A program made the translations under genes and the position numbers. DNA of 63,909 nt, the filler included, from Lenisia limosa (taxonomy: Eukaryota > Protista > Breviatea): the NCBI GenBank assembly GCA_001655205.1. It is 9 parts of 9 records of this genome, joined end to end, with 100 filler letters (N's around TTAATTAATTAA, not from the genome) between each part and the next. Parts side by side here need not be neighbours in the genome. Positions count along the whole stretch, not along the records: positions 59,363 to 63,909 come from LPNZ01006243.1; 8 more parts are not named here. The stretch is one strand, 5' to 3'. Shown piece by piece: positions 61,300 through 63,909 of this stretch (positions are counted from its first letter, which is position 1; each line of letters begins with the position of its first letter). The notes under the pieces are model-generated. The model worked only from the letters and a program-made list of their open reading frames with translations, made no database searches and was not told the origin of the DNA.

Positions 61300-63840
61300 C
61301 AGAATAATGGGCAGGACCGCCCGAGAGGCACGCCGCTTGGCAGATCAGTTCAAGTCGAAGATAGGAACAACCTCTTTGTCTCTAAACGTCCCGCTAATGG
61401 AAAAGTGGCCGGAAGAAAGTCCTTCTTCGATGTCGATGCAGACCTGAAAGCCAGTCAGCAGAAAATGGGTGGGCTGATATCTAGTTTAACAATCTGTGTT
61501 CGCCTTCTTGGCCTTCCTCCGCGGGAACAACAGCTTATTAGGTGTTTAGCGTCGAAAGAGAAGCACATTGCCGTTTCCCGCCCCTCGACTACTGTGGACG
61601 ACTTTCCTAGTCAAAATGAACACGGTGATAAAGTTCTTTACAGCTCGCAGATCAAGGCAAAGAGTTTGTTGGGGGTGTGGATTAGATCTGTTTTGTTAAG
61701 CATTATTATGCTGGTCATCTGTTTTCTAACGGGTTGTTTGGAGATCACTTTTCTTCCGCGTTCTTTTGCTATTGTAACGATATCTCTACCGCTTCCCTCT
61801 TTCCCTTTTACTTTTGTTTTATTTCTTTTTGTCAATATTTCATTTTGTTCATTTGGCTGAGGGTTGTTGTCAAATATTATATATATTGACTATGGTACCT
61901 TGACCGATTTTCCTCGGGATGTAAAAAATCGATCAAGACGCCAGTCCGAAAAAGACCGGTTAAATATCGATATATATCGAAGATTTATTGATAAATTCCG
62001 TCTTTTTAAGAACCGAAGTGAAGCCATAACCACAGTTTCGCTATAAAGTGAACATGTTAATCTTCCATGGTGCCCAAAAGAAGGGTTTATTTCAAGTAAA
62101 TCAGCCAGGTATTACCACGACTCTATACTTTTTTCATTTGGGTGTATAGTTATTAGTTCAAAAGGACACCGTGTAATGAATTTTTTTTGAGGAAATTTGA
62201 GGAAATTTGAAATTAAAGTGTCTGAAATTGAGTTTATCACAATATGTTCAATTCATATTGTGTAATAAAATTTTCAATTTGCACGAAGTCCTCGGTAAAT
62301 GTGGTGTTCAATTGGCTTCGGCCAGAAACTACATATATTTCAATATCCCTTTGGAATGGACGGTTTCGGCTTGATACTATATAATTAGGGCTACTCAGGT
62401 ATGAGAAACGATGGTTTACCAGGACATTTCGGATTTTCTGGATCGGAGTCAAGCCCTGTACGATATAATTTCTGAATCGGAGTCAAGCCCTGTACGATAT
62501 AATTTCTGGATCTGAGTCAAGCCCTGTACGATATAATTTCTGGATCGGCCCTGTACAATATAATTTCTGGATCGGAGTCAAGCCCTATACGATATATTTT
62601 CTGTGTAACGTGGTGTTGTTGACCAGGGGTACAAAAAATGATGAAGTGTGTTAGTATTGTACCTAGGGTTTCTGTCGTATTTCGGAAAACACATGCATTC
62701 TTTTACGTACATATTCTTTTGTTGAAATTTGCTTTTTTTGGCTACAAAAGCGAATTCATGAGTTTTGCTGTTTCCAAACACAGAGTTGATTTTGGACTTT
62801 CTTTGTTTCGTAAATTTACTTACTCCACCCCACAGAAACCACAGACCACCACGCCACATTTGTTGATGACGCCAAATTTGACGCCACAATCGAGGATGCG
62901 CGTTATGACGGCCTTTACCCCCCCGAAGACGAAGATATGGATATGGGTGCGGAGGGGGGATATAGTGGTATAGTTAACATGAGGTATTGTGTATGTGTAT
63001 ATTTAGAGTTTTAAGGCAAATGATTGGGTAATTATTATCCAATATCTCTTTCAGCGTGATGGTGTGGACGCAACCTTATTTTTTATTTCTCATCTCTCAA
63101 CATCAAATATCATATATATATATTTGGATAATATGGGTGGCGTGAGGGTTATACTTAACATAAAATGGCGGTGCTCGTGTTTATTCAAATGGCGGTGGTA
63201 GTGTTTATTCAAAAGCATGATAATGCAAAAGATGTGTTCTTGTTTTCTTTACGCTATTCTTTGGGCACATGGGTTTCTCTACTTTACGAAAAAGACCGTA
63301 AAATACGATATTTATCGAGGATTTATCGAAAATTCAGGCTTTTTTGGGACCGTAGGAACACTATATCTCAATTGATAATGTGTTTTCATGCCCTTAGAGC
63401 AGGCTGCTAAAACGGAATAAAACCTTGAAGTGTAAGGATTTTCCCATGGATTTGGGGTAGCGTTTTGACTACTTTTGACCAAAATTCATGGATTTGGGGC
63501 TCGGGTAAGATTACGTAATGAATCTGGTTTGTAGACCTGCTTTAAATACCCATCAATTCGATGCTGTTTTCACCTTATCAATCACACTGTTTTCACGTTT
63601 CAGCTGAATTGGACGAAAGCGACGAATTTGACGCCGAGGTACAGAACGTAAATGTTCAAGGTATGGGGGGCTTAAAGAAATGGGGAAATAGCACCCCTCC
63701 CCACTTCTCATACACGTCCTTCTTAAAACTCGAGTTAACTAACAAGGCAATTTGCCCTTCCTTCCGCCCAACTCACCCCCTAGCCCAAACCACGGACTTT
63801 GCCAACCCCAAGCACTCGCTCTCGAAATCACGCCAAAGCC
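61300..63840 (+). CDS. Unknown multi-exon gene with acidic, low-complexity exons (runs off the window)
   Basis: Exons ETTDHHATFVDDAKFDATIEDARYDGLYPPEDEDMDM|AELDESDEFDAEVQNVNVQ|AQTTDFANPKHSLSKSRQSR are phase-compatible. The 5' exons are ambiguous. Confidence 0.5.
62436..62597. repeat. 34-bp tandem repeat, 5 copies, resembling an amplified MITE-A right TIR
   Basis: Unit TTCTGGATCGGAGTCAAGCCCTGTACGATATAAT, with one copy internally deleted. Compare GATCGGAGTGAAGC at about 50878. Confidence 0.85.
63013..63100 (+). repeat. Intronic dispersed repeat E (about 120 bp); representative copy
   Basis: AGGCAAATGATTGGGTGAATTAATATTCCAATATCTC...GTGATGGTGTGGACGGCTTCGGCCAGATACAACCTTATTTTTTATTTCTCATC. Plus copies near 22776, 24585, 26214, 43245, 47530, 49090, 54572, 55148 and 62315. 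Minus copies near 29684, 32190, 40880 and 59615. Confidence 0.8.
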
Positions 63841-63909
63841 GCGTGGGGTCACGCGCAGCCTCGCGTGCAGCGTCGGATATCTATTCCAAGGGTATTGTTG
63901 AAAATGAGG

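Noticed and set aside
62436-62597. CRISPR-like look of the 34-bp array (also the 26-bp array at 3966)
   Set aside because: Units are directly adjacent with no unique spacers, there are no cas genes, and the context is eukaryotic introns.

Overview
Intron-rich, AT-rich eukaryotic (protist-type) nuclear DNA using the standard code with GT-AG introns. The window is not one continuous molecule. Eight 100-bp linkers (44 N + TTAATTAATTAA + 44 N) join nine segments, so adjacency across them carries no information. Genes recognised by manual splicing and remembered family motifs: a PQ-loop transporter, an ankyrin-repeat protein, GCP6, EMC7, part of the dynein-2 heavy chain (DYNC2H1), a TRIC/TMEM38 channel, part of BBS4, an NBS1-like FHA-BRCT protein and an ASH/PapD-like domain protein, plus several unknown multi-exon genes. 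Positions 1-18.3 kb have short introns with no dispersed repeats. From about 18.9 kb onward the introns are packed with small dispersed repeats. These include about 27 copies of a 100-bp TA-flanked hairpin MITE, two further TIR families, and related cassettes (D, G, E). D and G usually lie sense to the host gene and end at the intron 3' AG, with a few inverted copies directly after GT donors, which is an introner-like pattern. Other points of note: a degenerate 5.8S rRNA copy apparently inside an intron, a probable 5-nt microexon, probable interleaved convergent genes, and recurrent duplications of exon-end/donor sequence. No database searches were run. Family calls rest on recalled motif similarity, and repeat coordinates are approximate.
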